DNA from: a candidate division Kazan bacterium RIFCSPHIGHO2_01_FULL_44_14
GTDB lineage: Bacteria; Patescibacteriota; Kazan-3B-28
Direction of reading: 5' to 3'
Assembly: GCA_001771185.1 (NCBI GenBank)
Contig: METB01000001.1
Span: forward strand, 375,200-439,199
Length of the DNA: 64,000 nt
In this document: positions 9,636-20,537 of the stretch, piece after piece
How positions within the stretch are numbered: position 1 is the first letter of the stretch
Layout of the letters: each line of letters starts with the position of its first letter
Program-made: the position numbers and the translations under genes
Notes under the pieces: generated by a model
What the model saw: the letters and a program-made list of their open reading frames with translations, nothing else
What the model was told of the DNA's origin: nothing
The model's database searches: none

Positions 9636-11095
9636 TCGATGGGTAAATTGGTTTGTTCTTGTCCCGCTTCGGTTGGTAAAACATTATTAAGGTCGGCTTC
9701 AACTTTATTGGCCTCTTCTACCCCGCGCAGATATTTGGCCGGCCAAGGGATGTAATGACTTTTGAAAGTATCGTTATAAAGTAGTTGGCTATTTTGATAA
9801 ACCTTGCGATATAGAACAACATCGGCTCCGCGATGAGCGATTTCAACTTGTTTGATTCCACCAACCGGCATGGTCGAAGTATCGATATAAATCGGTTCAG
9901 GATAGTCGGTTATATTAGAAACATACGGTCCAGTCATTTCAATCGTCCGACCGGTGTCGGTGCCATAAAAATCAAAGTGGAGTTCATTGCCAACAATATA
10001 AGTATCCATCAAAATACTGCCCGGTGTATCATTGGTAAATTTAAGATCGGGGTAGGGTTGATAAATCGTGGCGTCGGTACCGGGCGGTTCATAATAAGCC
10101 ACTCGGTAAGAATGATTTCGCCGCTCAACGACTGGTAGCCCACCGTTCAAGATCGCTCTAAACGCAGTAGTTGAAACTTGGCATAATCCACCGCCAAATT
10201 CTGGTTCGGTCTTATCACCCTTAATCACCAACTCGGGCAAATAGCCGGTGCTGCCGTCGACCGCTCCTAATGCTCGGATGAACGAGAAGATGCTTTTGGG
10301 AGCGATGATTATCCCGTCAAACTTAGCTGCTCCAGTAGCAATGTTGTGTCGCCGATTGCGGGGGCTCCCAGTAAAATTAGATACTCCACGAGCGATTAGA
10401 GTGTTGATTCCTAATGTGTTGGTCTCGGCCAAAGTAACGGTAGCTGGCCGAGTGGTAATCGGCAAAACGATTGGAGCTGGGTTAAGCAAATTCCGAGCGA
10501 TTAACTCGACCGTTTTATTCATATCCAATGTCTGCCCGGCCTGGTCAGCCATAAATTCAGTCGCCCGGTTATTCTTAATTGTCAGTTTTGCATCGCGTTG
10601 AGGTTTGACTATGCGACTTCCGATTTCGCTAAGATATTGATTTAACTTTGGCCGATTAAAACTATGGACCAAGTCGGTTTCGCTGACGATCGGCTGATGA
10701 GTCCCGACCAAAGCAAAACTCCGCTCGGATAAGCGTTGAGCAAACTGCCCGCGTCGGCCAACTAAAATCGCCTCGTCCGCTAATTTACTGCCATCCAATT
10801 CAAATCCAAACTGGTTGGGATCCATTTCCCAACTTTGGCCTTCAAACTCAAGCCGAATATTCCCAAGCGGTAAACCATCAACTCGCTTACTAATTAATTG
10901 AACAGCTTGAGACCTGGTTCGGCCACCTAAATCGATTTCTAAGAACTGGACTCCGGGGAGAACCCGCCGAGCGTAAATCACATCAACCCCAAAATATGCC
11001 CCTACAGCAACAATCAACAAACCGCCTACTCCGAGCGACATAAATTGGAGCAGGCGGATTTGATGAGAAGTTAATTTGGAGGGGTGACTATCCAT
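9632..11095 (-). CDS. VanW/YoaR-like membrane-anchored cell-wall protein
   Basis: N-terminal TM helix and a long extracytoplasmic domain. Resemblance to the VanW family is weak. Confidence 0.35.
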   Translation of the reverse strand: MDSHPSKLTSHQIRLLQFMSLGVGGLLIVAVGAYFGVDVIYARRVLPGVQFLEIDLGGRTRSQAVQLISKRVDGLPLGNIRLEFEGQSWEMDPNQFGFELDGSKLADEAILVGRRGQFAQRLSERSFALVGTHQPIVSETDLVHSFNRPKLNQYLSEIGSRIVKPQRDAKLTIKNNRATEFMADQAGQTLDMNKTVELIARNLLNPAPIVLPITTRPATVTLAETNTLGINTLIARGVSNFTGSPRNRRHNIATGAAKFDGIIIAPKSIFSFIRALGAVDGSTGYLPELVIKGDKTEPEFGGGLCQVSTTAFRAILNGGLPVVERRNHSYRVAYYEPPGTDATIYQPYPDLKFTNDTPGSILMDTYIVGNELHFDFYGTDTGRTIEMTGPYVSNITDYPEPIYIDTSTMPVGGIKQVEIAHRGADVVLYRKVYQNSQLLYNDTFKSHYIPWPAKYLRGVEEANKVEADLNNVLPTEAGQEQTNLPIE

Positions 11096-11303
11096 CGCTA
11101 ATAATTTCTTGAAGAATCTGTTTGGCCAAAGTTTGCTGGTCGGACTGATGCTCGCTTCGAGTCATCACTTCCATTACCATAATGGTTTCGGCAGGATAGG
11201 GCAATTTATCAGACAAGGGGACTTCAGTCCCGTTTTCTAATATCAGAGTGTCTGTCTGATCGCCCTTTTTCAGGGCCGCCGATAGTACTAATTTAGCCCC
11301 CAT
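11088..11303 (-). CDS. Hypothetical small protein
   Basis: 71-aa ORF co-oriented with and between flanking genes. No motif found. Confidence 0.3.
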   Translation of the reverse strand: MGAKLVLSAALKKGDQTDTLILENGTEVPLSDKLPYPAETIMVMEVMTRSEHQSDQQTLAKQILQEIISDG

Positions 11304-11357
11304 AACTATTTAATCACCAATAACGCAACTAATAATCAATAATCAAAAAGGGGACAG

Positions 11358-13370
11358 TTAGCGGAGAAACAGGCCGACCGCCAACAAAGCCACGATATTA
11401 ATAATTTTAATCATCGGGTTAATCGCGGGACCGGCGGTATCTTTGTAGGGATCTCCGACCGTGTCTCCGGTCACCGCGGCAGCATGAGCAAGTGAGCCCT
11501 TCCCACCCAAGTGTCCTTCCTCAATGTATTTCTTAGCGTTATCCCAAGCCGCTCCGCCGGTAGTCATGGAAATCGCTACAAAAATGCCCGTGACAATACT
11601 CCCGACCAACAACCCCCCGAGTGCCTTGGGGCCCAACAGCCAACCCACCAACAATGGAGTGACTACTGGAAGTAATGCCGGGATAATCATCTCTCGAATC
11701 GCTGCCCGAGTAACAATGTCAACTGCTCGAGCGTAGTTAGGCCGAGCCGTCCCGTCCATAATTCCAGCGATGGTTTTAAATTGATGCCGGACTTCTTTTA
11801 CTACCGCCGCCGCGGTTTTCCCAACTGTTTCCATTGACAGGGCAGCAAACAAATAGGGGAGCAAACCTCCCAGGAACAAGCCAATTAATACCAGCGGGTC
11901 GCCCAACCCGAATTGAACTGATTGACCCTGCAGATTACTTAACTCTTGAGTGTAAGCCGAAAACAACACGATTGCGGCCAACCCAGCCGAACCAATCGCG
12001 TAACCCTTAGTCACCGCCTTAGTAGTATTCCCAATCGCATCTAGTAGATCGGTGACCTGTCGAACTTTCTCTGGAAGCCCAGCCATTGCGGCAATCCCGC
12101 CAGCATTATCGGTAATCGGACCATACGCATCCACTGCGACAATAATCCCTACCATCGACAACATGCTGACAGCGGCAATCGCCACTCCAAACAGACCAGC
12201 AAAATAGTACGCCCCAAAAATGGCTGCCGCAATTACCAACACCGGTAACGTGGTTGATTTCATCCCCACCGCCAATCCCGCGATTACATTAGTTCCATGC
12301 CCAGTTTCGGAAGCGTGAGCAATTTGTCTAACTGGGGCAAACCGGGAAGCCGTGTAGTATTCCGTAATCCAAATAATCAGCCCGGTTACTCCTAGCCCAA
12401 CCAAAGCGCAATAAAACAAATTTAAATAACTAACTCCGGCCAGATTGGCCAATAGATACCGGCTGGCTCCATAAAACCCACTTAACGCCAACACTCCGGC
12501 GACAATCAACCCTTGGTAGAGAGCACCCATAATGTTGTGGCTTTTTTTTGATAACCGTACAAACCAAGTTCCAATAATTGAAGCAATAATTGAAATCCCG
12601 CCGAGAACTAGTGGGAAAACTATCATCAGCGGATTGCCGGCAAACAAGAGCGCCGACAATACCATGGCAGCCACGATTGTAACGGCATAGGTTTCGAATA
12701 AATCAGCCGCCATCCCAGCACAATCCCCAACATTATCACCAACATTATCAGCAATTACGGCCGGGTTCCTGGGGTCATCTTCGGGGATACCGGCTTCAAC
12801 CTTACCGACCAAGTCAGCGCCAACATCCGCTCCTTTGGTGAAGATACCGCCACCGAGTCGGGCGAAGACCGAGATCAAACTTCCGCCGAAGCCCAGACCG
12901 ACCAAAGCATTGATATCATGAAAAATTGCATAAAACCCCGCCACTCCAAGCAGTCCCAACCCGACCACAAATAAACCCGTGACGGCTCCACCTCTAAATG
13001 CCACGGTCAAGGCCTGGCTTAACCCCAGTTCAGCCGCAGCCGCAGTCCTGACATTGGCTCTGACTGAAATATGCATACCAATAAATCCAGCTAATCCTGA
13101 CAGGACCGCCCCAACCAGAAACCCAACTGCCGGCAACAACCCAAGCACAACATAGAGGATAAGAGCTAGGGCTAGAGCCACTATCCCAATCGTAAAGTAT
13201 TGCCGTTTAAGATAGGCCGAAGCACCCTCTTGGATTGCCCGAGCAATTTCCATCATCTTGCTGCTGCCGGTTGGTTGGGACAAAACCCAAATTGACAGTC
13301 CACTAGCATAGAGGACGGCTAACCCACCGGTAATAATGGCGAAGATGATACTTAGGTTGGTTGGATTCAT
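11358..13370 (-). CDS. hppA: Membrane-bound proton/sodium-translocating pyrophosphatase
   Basis: Polytopic membrane protein with [18 protein letters not shown] and DTVGDPYKD motifs characteristic of H+-PPase. Confidence 0.9.
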   Translation of the reverse strand: MNPTNLSIIFAIITGGLAVLYASGLSIWVLSQPTGSSKMMEIARAIQEGASAYLKRQYFTIGIVALALALILYVVLGLLPAVGFLVGAVLSGLAGFIGMHISVRANVRTAAAAELGLSQALTVAFRGGAVTGLFVVGLGLLGVAGFYAIFHDINALVGLGFGGSLISVFARLGGGIFTKGADVGADLVGKVEAGIPEDDPRNPAVIADNVGDNVGDCAGMAADLFETYAVTIVAAMVLSALLFAGNPLMIVFPLVLGGISIIASIIGTWFVRLSKKSHNIMGALYQGLIVAGVLALSGFYGASRYLLANLAGVSYLNLFYCALVGLGVTGLIIWITEYYTASRFAPVRQIAHASETGHGTNVIAGLAVGMKSTTLPVLVIAAAIFGAYYFAGLFGVAIAAVSMLSMVGIIVAVDAYGPITDNAGGIAAMAGLPEKVRQVTDLLDAIGNTTKAVTKGYAIGSAGLAAIVLFSAYTQELSNLQGQSVQFGLGDPLVLIGLFLGGLLPYLFAALSMETVGKTAAAVVKEVRHQFKTIAGIMDGTARPNYARAVDIVTRAAIREMIIPALLPVVTPLLVGWLLGPKALGGLLVGSIVTGIFVAISMTTGGAAWDNAKKYIEEGHLGGKGSLAHAAAVTGDTVGDPYKDTAGPAINPMIKIINIVALLAVGLFLR

Positions 13371-13421
13371 GGGTTAAACACAAATTAACAATAATTGGTT
13401 ATTATATCACTCCTTATTCTA

Positions 13422-14573
13422 TTACTTTTTAGGGGGCTCTGTCAGAGCCCGGCGATAAACTGCCAAAGTTTCTTTGGCCACCCGAGCGAAAGAGTATTTC
13501 TTGGCCTGACGAAAACCCTTATCCCGCAACTCTTTTTGCAGCCGGAAGGTGGTGGCTAATTTATACATGGCTTGAGCAATATCTTCAATATTAGTAGGAT
13601 CAAAATACAGGGCGGCCTCTCCCAAAACCTCCGGCATGACTGAAGTATTTGATGACAAAACCGGGATCCCTGATGCCATCGCTTCCAGCGGTGGCAATCC
13701 GAATCCTTCATAAAGTGACGGAAAAATAAAGGCCTCGGCCTCGGAATAAAAATACGGCAAATCGCTATCTGCGACATACCCAGTCAAAATCACCGCATCC
13801 TGCAAATTTAGTTGTTTAATCAGGGCCGGGATTTCTGAAGCCAAAGGATCGGCCTTCCCGACTAACACTAATTGATAATCGATATCATATCGATGTCGCA
13901 GCAGAGCAAAAGCCCGAACTAGCCGAGCTAAATTTTTGTGATGTCTTTGCTGCCCAACATACAGAAAGAAGGGACGAGAAATGTTGTATTTAGTTTTAAC
14001 CATCTCGACCTTTTTGGGGTCTTCAACTGGCTGGTACCGCTTCGGGGCTGCTTCATACACAACATCAATTTTGTCTGGGTTAATCCCCAAGTACTTTACC
14101 AAATCCCGTTTGGTCCCCTGGGAAATCGCAATAATTCGAGCCGCATTTAAACATGACTGACGAATCACATATCGATAAATAATTCGCCTAAACCAACTCG
14201 TTTGTTTCCGACCCGGGTAGAACCAAAGGGTTAGGTCGTGAATCGTCACTACACTTTTGATTCGCCGAAACCAGACCGGAGAATTAAAATTGGTGTAATG
14301 GATTAAGTCCAAACCAGCCCGGCTCAAAGCCCGGGGGTAAAGAAATTGTTCGCTGTAGGTGTAGTGAGGGAAACGAACCGCTCGCTTCTCTAGATTGGCA
14401 GCATACAGCGGGAAAAATTCGGCCACCTCGGGCAAGACAAAGACCGTAAACTTATCTTCGGTATCGAGCCGAATCAAGTTGGCGACCAGTTCTTCGGTGT
14501 AGGTACCGATTCCAGCAGCTTGGGCAGTCCCAAATAACCGAGCATCGATCCCAATCCGGTAGTGTTTATTCAT
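13422..14573 (-). CDS. Glycosyltransferase family 4 (GT-B)
   Basis: EGFGLPPLEAMASGIPV motif in the C-terminal half. Confidence 0.75.
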   Translation of the reverse strand: MNKHYRIGIDARLFGTAQAAGIGTYTEELVANLIRLDTEDKFTVFVLPEVAEFFPLYAANLEKRAVRFPHYTYSEQFLYPRALSRAGLDLIHYTNFNSPVWFRRIKSVVTIHDLTLWFYPGRKQTSWFRRIIYRYVIRQSCLNAARIIAISQGTKRDLVKYLGINPDKIDVVYEAAPKRYQPVEDPKKVEMVKTKYNISRPFFLYVGQQRHHKNLARLVRAFALLRHRYDIDYQLVLVGKADPLASEIPALIKQLNLQDAVILTGYVADSDLPYFYSEAEAFIFPSLYEGFGLPPLEAMASGIPVLSSNTSVMPEVLGEAALYFDPTNIEDIAQAMYKLATTFRLQKELRDKGFRQAKKYSFARVAKETLAVYRRALTEPPKK

Positions 14574-14574
14574 A

Positions 14575-15801
14575 TTAATTCGCTCTCTCGCCAGGGCGGG
14601 TTACTACCGCCATCATAGCAAACAGCAACCAGAATAAGCTGGCCAAGTCGTTTTTCCAATAAGTCGAATCCACCAGGCCATGGATCAGGATTGCCGACAT
14701 AGCAGTAACCAGACCAATGGTTTGAGAATTGAACTGCCTGGCCATCCGATAAAAGAACTTAACTACCAACCAGAGCCAACCAGCCAGCCCCAATAATCCA
14801 GTATTAATCCAAAACTGCAAATAAACATTGTGAGCATGAAGAATGGCCGTCTCCCAGGGTGGAGAGAAAAGTTGGTTAGCGTAACTTAAATATTGATCTC
14901 GGAACTCCCCCAAACCGATTCCAGTCAACCAATGTTTCTTAATTATCAACATGGCTGTTTGCCAGACCTGCCATCGGACGCTGACCGACGACCGAGCGGT
15001 CAGATTCACCATGGCCTGCAATCTGGGGCTATCCCACTGACTAATAACTGCCAGGCCTGGTAGAATAATTCCCCAAATCCATTCCCACCACCGACGGCGC
15101 CAGTACAAAATCACCCAGACCAAACTCGCTCCAATCAAAGCCAGCCAACCCCCAAACGAGAAAGAAAAGTAGAGAGCAACTCCGCCCAGACCCCAAGCTA
15201 AATAGGTTACCCATCTTTGCCATGGTTTCCCGGTTTGAACCAGAATAATCCCCAATAGCAAAATCGGGACCAGATACATTGATAAATAGTTGGCCGAGGC
15301 AAACCAACCACTGGCCCTCCCGTCTACGGTAACAAATTGTTGAATCACAACCTGCCAGTTGGCCATTACCGAGAGCGGGATGGTTGATAAAATCAGCGCC
15401 GAAATATAATTGTTTAAATCTTCCCGGCCCAGTAGCCAACTAGTTAGCCAGTACATTATGACCGGGACCACAAACCAGCCCTTAAAAATCCCCAAACTTA
15501 GTTGGAGATCGGGGGATACGGCTGTTCCGATAATTAACCCCAACAACAGCAGTCCACCAGCCCAACTCACAGATTGGACGGCTGACCAAAAAGAACGCCA
15601 AGCCCCCTGTGGATATTTTATTACCATCACCATCGCCGACACCATTACCAACAATTCAACTAAGTTGGTCGGGAGCGACCCAACTGATACTTTCACCAAA
15701 TAGGTCGGGATTAAAAGCCAAACTAACCAAAGCGCTCCCCGGGGATTAACCCAAGCAACTATCCCAAACACTATCGCGCTTATAAGTGCCCACATATTCA
15801 T
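14575..15801 (-). CDS. O-antigen ligase/polymerase-like polytopic membrane protein
   Basis: At least 10 TM helices, Wzy_C-like. Start trimmed to MNMWAL to remove the overlap with the upstream paralog. Confidence 0.5.
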   Translation of the reverse strand: MNMWALISAIVFGIVAWVNPRGALWLVWLLIPTYLVKVSVGSLPTNLVELLVMVSAMVMVIKYPQGAWRSFWSAVQSVSWAGGLLLLGLIIGTAVSPDLQLSLGIFKGWFVVPVIMYWLTSWLLGREDLNNYISALILSTIPLSVMANWQVVIQQFVTVDGRASGWFASANYLSMYLVPILLLGIILVQTGKPWQRWVTYLAWGLGGVALYFSFSFGGWLALIGASLVWVILYWRRRWWEWIWGIILPGLAVISQWDSPRLQAMVNLTARSSVSVRWQVWQTAMLIIKKHWLTGIGLGEFRDQYLSYANQLFSPPWETAILHAHNVYLQFWINTGLLGLAGWLWLVVKFFYRMARQFNSQTIGLVTAMSAILIHGLVDSTYWKNDLASLFWLLFAMMAVVTRPGERAN

Positions 15802-16991
15802 TCCTGCTCCTTTAATCCTACCCCGATTATCAACCACCAGATAATTAAGATGGTCGCCGTTAGCCAAGCATTTACAAACAATGACGCCCCCATTAGTCCG
15901 GCCGTCACCGCCCACAACAGTGGTCCGAAAATTGTGGCGTCAACAGTCCAACTCCGCCAAGTTCGCTTGAGGATGATGATCAGCCAATTCAAAAATGCCA
16001 ATAAGCCAACCAACCCGCTAGCGGCAGCCATGGTTAGTAAGCTGCTGTCGAAACCATTTTCGGCTTGTCGAGATAACCGCTCCGTACCGGCCGGGGAATA
16101 TTGATAGCGCTGACTGGCAATCGCGTTGTAGCCCACTCCAAAAATCGGTTTAGCTTTAATCAATCGCCACCCGGCTTGCCAGGATTCGATCCGATATCGG
16201 ACGGTTACATCCAATTGCCAGACCCCTGACAAGCGGTCTTGCAACCGCGGAATAGACATAAACGCTAACGCCACAATGATTAACCCAATACCGACAACTC
16301 GCCGATATCTCATCCACCCAATCATTAGTAAAATGACCACCATCGCCAACAGAGCGCTCCTGGAAAAAGTCGCCAGCACTGATACGATTAGGAACACCGA
16401 AACAACTGCAATGATGACTTTGTCCCGCCGACTGGTTGCTCGCCCCCACATTAATATCCCCAACCCAACTCCAAACGATAAAAATATCCCAACCAAGTTC
16501 GGGTCCAAGAAAGTCGATACCAACCGTCCGTTGTGCGGATCTAATCCTAGATATTCAAATAAAACCAAGTCAGGGAAGAGCCCTAACTGAAGCCAGCCCA
16601 AAACCGCCACCCACAAAAACAAAACCAATAGCCAGCCCGCATAGACCACGGACCGTTTGGCATTAAGGTGCGGCCACAGAACAATTGGGAGTAAACCATA
16701 AATTATGAATCGCCCCAAAAACAATAGTGCAATTAGTCCATTGGACACTCCAAGAGCCGAGAGATTTACTAACCATGATAGAGCGATAGCAACCATCAGT
16801 ATGGACCATCCAAACAGGACTGGCCGAGGAGGCCAACTTGACCAATGCTTTACCATCATGCCCAACCCAATCAAAACGACCCCAGTCACTGCGATGTCTA
16901 CTGCCGGAATAGATAGACCAGCGATTGGCCACTTAATTAACTGGCCCAGACCAACTCCGATTAAGATGGGAATAATTAACCACTTATCCAT
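15798..16991 (-). CDS. O-antigen ligase/polymerase-like polytopic membrane protein (paralog)
   Basis: Polytopic membrane protein with a similar overall architecture to the neighbouring gene. Confidence 0.5.
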   Translation of the reverse strand: MDKWLIIPILIGVGLGQLIKWPIAGLSIPAVDIAVTGVVLIGLGMMVKHWSSWPPRPVLFGWSILMVAIALSWLVNLSALGVSNGLIALLFLGRFIIYGLLPIVLWPHLNAKRSVVYAGWLLVLFLWVAVLGWLQLGLFPDLVLFEYLGLDPHNGRLVSTFLDPNLVGIFLSFGVGLGILMWGRATSRRDKVIIAVVSVFLIVSVLATFSRSALLAMVVILLMIGWMRYRRVVGIGLIIVALAFMSIPRLQDRLSGVWQLDVTVRYRIESWQAGWRLIKAKPIFGVGYNAIASQRYQYSPAGTERLSRQAENGFDSSLLTMAAASGLVGLLAFLNWLIIILKRTWRSWTVDATIFGPLLWAVTAGLMGASLFVNAWLTATILIIWWLIIGVGLKEQE

Positions 16992-18066
16992 AGCGCTGAA
17001 CGATTTGCCAAGTTAATTCTGCGGTCCGTCGCCAACCGAACTCCCGGACTCGTCTAAGTCCGGCTTGTCGAAACTGCTCACGAAGGTCAGCCGAAGATAG
17101 CAATTTGGCCATAGCTTCTGCCAGAGCCCCCGGATTATCCGCCGATACTTTTATAGCCGCATCTCCAACCACTTCGGGGAGAGAGGCCCGGTCACTCACA
17201 ATTGTCGGCACCCCGCAGGCCATCGCTTCAAGCGGGGGAATCCCAAATCCTTCATAAAGCGAAGGGAATACAAAAATATCCGCCAAATTATAAACCGCCG
17301 GCCGATCGTTATCAGTGATGTAGCCGGGAAAAATAATCCGATTGTTGGCTTGTCTCAAAGTTGATTCGGACTGCCAACCAGCCCCCCCAGCCAAAACAAG
17401 AGCGACCTCGGGAAAGCGAGGACCGATTTGGTTAAAGGCCTTGATCAGTTGTTCAAGATTTTTCCGGGGCTCAATTGTCCCTAAATACAAAATAAAGTTT
17501 TTAGGCAAATGATATTTGGTCCGGACGACTGGATCGGCCAATAATGGTTTGAACTGTTCCGCCGCCGCCATCGGGGTAACTGTGATTTGGGCCGATGCCA
17601 CCCCACACAAATTCATGGCTTCTTGCTTGGTAAATTCTGAAATCGCCAAGAGATGGACTGACCGCTTAAAAGCTCGATTGGCAAATATTCGTTCTAGCCA
17701 GATCGCTTTGGATAGATGTGTCCGAGGGAATCTCCAAGCCGTGAAGTCAAATAATGTGGTGATAACTGGAACTGCCGAAGTTAACGCCGGGACAATAAAA
17801 CTAAGCGTCGCCAAAAAAACATCCACCGGCCGACGCCGTAACCACCACATCACTTGCCAGTGCCACCAAACCGACTGGCTAAAACTTTGGACCCGCCACT
17901 TCCCCGCGGGCAGGTTGACGGTCTGTCCGGCGTGAATTAGTAAAACCAGTTCCGCGTCGAAACCGCTAATAAGCCAGGCCCGGACCAATTGGTAGACATA
18001 TTCGCCCTTGCCCGCTCGAGTGGGGTGAGTCGCTTCTCTAAAATCAATTGCAATTTTCATTGTCAT
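16984..18066 (-). CDS. Glycosyltransferase family 4
   Basis: EGFGIPPLEAMACGVP motif. Confidence 0.75.
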   Translation of the reverse strand: MTMKIAIDFREATHPTRAGKGEYVYQLVRAWLISGFDAELVLLIHAGQTVNLPAGKWRVQSFSQSVWWHWQVMWWLRRRPVDVFLATLSFIVPALTSAVPVITTLFDFTAWRFPRTHLSKAIWLERIFANRAFKRSVHLLAISEFTKQEAMNLCGVASAQITVTPMAAAEQFKPLLADPVVRTKYHLPKNFILYLGTIEPRKNLEQLIKAFNQIGPRFPEVALVLAGGAGWQSESTLRQANNRIIFPGYITDNDRPAVYNLADIFVFPSLYEGFGIPPLEAMACGVPTIVSDRASLPEVVGDAAIKVSADNPGALAEAMAKLLSSADLREQFRQAGLRRVREFGWRRTAELTWQIVQRYG

Positions 18067-19481
18067 CGGCCAAGCAATTCCTTAACCACTGCTCGCGGAA
18101 CGGCTCGGGTAATCAACACCATTGCTCCATAACTGATTGCGCCAAGCCCCAAATTAATAAGTAGGTTGACTGACCCGACCCACCAAATTACTCCGCCCAT
18201 TATCAAAGCGCTGAGCGAGGCCTTGGCAAAGACGCCCCATTGAGGAACAAACCGAAGGTCTCGATAGACGATAATTAAGACACAGACAACCACTAGCAAT
18301 TCAGTGGCTACCGTCGTGGCGGCTGCCCCCATATATGAATAGCGGGGGATAAAGACCCAGTTAGTAACAATATTAAAAACCATGGCCAATAAATACGGCC
18401 GAACCAAGATACTTTGACGGCCAGCCGCAATCACACTGTAGTTTAGAGTCGAACCAACGAATGACAATGTAGCCGCCCAAATTAACAATTTAAGCGGAAC
18501 CCCCGAAGCAGCAAAATCGGGACCAGCGATTGCAGTCATTAACGGAGTTGCAATCAACATTGTCCCGATTGCTAATGGCCAAGCTGCTAACGCCATAATG
18601 TCAAACGCCCGGCGGAAGACCCGAACCGCCCGGTCCCGATTTTCGCTTAACGCTTGAGTGATTATTGGGAAAACCGAGCTCATGAAAATAGTCGGAACGG
18701 TCAAAAGCACTTCAATGATTTTATAGGGTGCTCCATAAATCCCAACCGCGTGGCTGTCCTGCATTACTGACAACATCACAGTATCAATCCTGAAATAAAT
18801 CGTTGCCATAACCATCACCACCCCAAGAGGCAGAGCTTCTCGCAAAAACTTCACCCAATATCGGACATCCCATCGAGGGACGAGAGAGGCCATCGAAGTA
18901 GCCCACCACCACTGCCACCCAAGTGAAAAAATATTAGCAATGGCCGTCCCCCAAAGAATCCCAACTAAGCCCAAATCGTTTTTAATTGCCCACCACACCA
19001 GACCTAAATAAAACGCTCGGGTCACAACATTGACAATCGCTACTTTTTGCATTTGTAGCCGAGCTTGGAACAAACTGATTGGGACCTGCAAAAGGGCCAA
19101 TGAAGTTTGCGACAAAGCCCCCACCAAGATTCCTTGATGAATCACGGTATCCGGGTAAATCATCAGCGCCACAAGGTACCCGAGCCCAAAAACCGCTCCA
19201 CTCAAAACCAGTTTCAACCCCATTATATTCCCCAAAACATAACTTTCTTGGGCAGGGAATTTGGTGATTTCCCTAACCTGGAGTAAGAAAAACCCGAAGT
19301 CCACTACCACTCCGATTAGGGACAAATACGCAAAAATAACCGTGTACTGACCATACCCACTAACCCCCAAATACCGCGTCAAGTACGCGATGGCCACAAG
19401 CGAAATGGCGGTCACGATGATTCGCGAAATCACTTGAACAATCGTGTTGTACGCAATCCGTTTGGTGGCACTAGCTTCCAT
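18063..19481 (-). CDS. Polysaccharide biosynthesis flippase (Wzx/MOP family)
   Basis: About 12 TM helices, 472 aa, sits in the glycosyltransferase cluster. Confidence 0.65.
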   Translation of the reverse strand: MEASATKRIAYNTIVQVISRIIVTAISLVAIAYLTRYLGVSGYGQYTVIFAYLSLIGVVVDFGFFLLQVREITKFPAQESYVLGNIMGLKLVLSGAVFGLGYLVALMIYPDTVIHQGILVGALSQTSLALLQVPISLFQARLQMQKVAIVNVVTRAFYLGLVWWAIKNDLGLVGILWGTAIANIFSLGWQWWWATSMASLVPRWDVRYWVKFLREALPLGVVMVMATIYFRIDTVMLSVMQDSHAVGIYGAPYKIIEVLLTVPTIFMSSVFPIITQALSENRDRAVRVFRRAFDIMALAAWPLAIGTMLIATPLMTAIAGPDFAASGVPLKLLIWAATLSFVGSTLNYSVIAAGRQSILVRPYLLAMVFNIVTNWVFIPRYSYMGAAATTVATELLVVVCVLIIVYRDLRFVPQWGVFAKASLSALIMGGVIWWVGSVNLLINLGLGAISYGAMVLITRAVPRAVVKELLGR

Positions 19482-20067
19482 TGGGTTTTTCGATTACCGC
19501 CATATATTGAATTTTTACTCTAGGTAAATACCATTTCGGGAAAAACTTAGGGGAATAGGAGCAGCTTGTGACTACCTGATACGGTTGCAGGATTTGTTCC
19601 CACTGGGATTTGGCCATTAGTCGTTCGTTCCCAAAATCCCGGCGGGGATAACGATGGTTAGGGACCGAGAACACTACCCGCCGAGCAACCCGCAATTGTT
19701 CATTGAATATCTTGTGGATGTCAGCGTCGGAGAAATGTTCCATCAGTCCCTGGTGAAAAACCAAGTCAAAAGATAGGTCGGAGTAGGGAAGAGAAAAGGT
19801 ATCAGCAACTTCAAACTTAGCCAATCCGTTGAATCGGGCGGATTCTGTTTTGGCCTTCTCAATCACTTCGGGACTAATATCGATTCCGGTTACATTTAAA
19901 CCGAGCCATGAGAAAAAGGTACTCATTGCTCCACTCCCAACTCCGACCTCAAGAATGTTTTTGGCCCCAGCTTCTAAGATTACAGACAAAAACTCTTTCT
20001 GCCCATACAGATTGCTTAGCAGTCCCTTTAGGGTTAGAGGAGCTTGATAATACTTGTTCCAATCCAT
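19471..20067 (-). CDS. Class I SAM-dependent methyltransferase
   Basis: ILEVGVGSGAMS glycine-rich SAM-binding motif. Confidence 0.6.
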   Translation of the reverse strand: MDWNKYYQAPLTLKGLLSNLYGQKEFLSVILEAGAKNILEVGVGSGAMSTFFSWLGLNVTGIDISPEVIEKAKTESARFNGLAKFEVADTFSLPYSDLSFDLVFHQGLMEHFSDADIHKIFNEQLRVARRVVFSVPNHRYPRRDFGNERLMAKSQWEQILQPYQVVTSCSYSPKFFPKWYLPRVKIQYMAVIEKPNGS

Positions 20068-20069
20068 GA

Positions 20070-20537
20070 CTAGGCCGGTTTGACTACTACTCGCCGGCTA
20101 GGGCCAATCCCAGTGCTCTCGCTCATAACTCCCGCTTCATTGACTAGCGCCAGATGAATTAGCCGGCGTTCAAAAGATGACATAGGCGGAAGATACACTG
20201 CCGTCCCAGTGGCTTTGACCTGACTCGCTGCGTCGCGAGCGATTTGTATCAGCCGCTCACGTTGCTGTTGATGAAATCCGCCAATATTCAAAGATAAACT
20301 TACCGTTTCGATTGGGAAATCACGCCGGACCATTAACCGGAGTAGGTGTTGTAACGCCAACAATGGGTCGGGCGAGGGCGAGATAAAAATTTCATCTCGA
20401 TCGGTTTTCATTTCAACAATTAACACTCCGTCTTCAGTGGCTACAGTAATTTCTGGGACGAGATCAAACGGGGCACATAATTCCCGCAACCGGTCCTGAA
20501 TTTTTTCCTCAATTGGGGTTAGTTTATTGGTCGCCAT
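20070..20537 (-). CDS. jag: Jag/KhpB RNA-binding protein (KH + R3H)
   Basis: C-terminal R3H motif and the conserved jag-yidC-yidD-rnpA-rpmH order. Start set at MATNKL to avoid overlap with yidC. Confidence 0.7.
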   Translation of the reverse strand: MATNKLTPIEEKIQDRLRELCAPFDLVPEITVATEDGVLIVEMKTDRDEIFISPSPDPLLALQHLLRLMVRRDFPIETVSLSLNIGGFHQQQRERLIQIARDAASQVKATGTAVYLPPMSSFERRLIHLALVNEAGVMSESTGIGPSRRVVVKPA

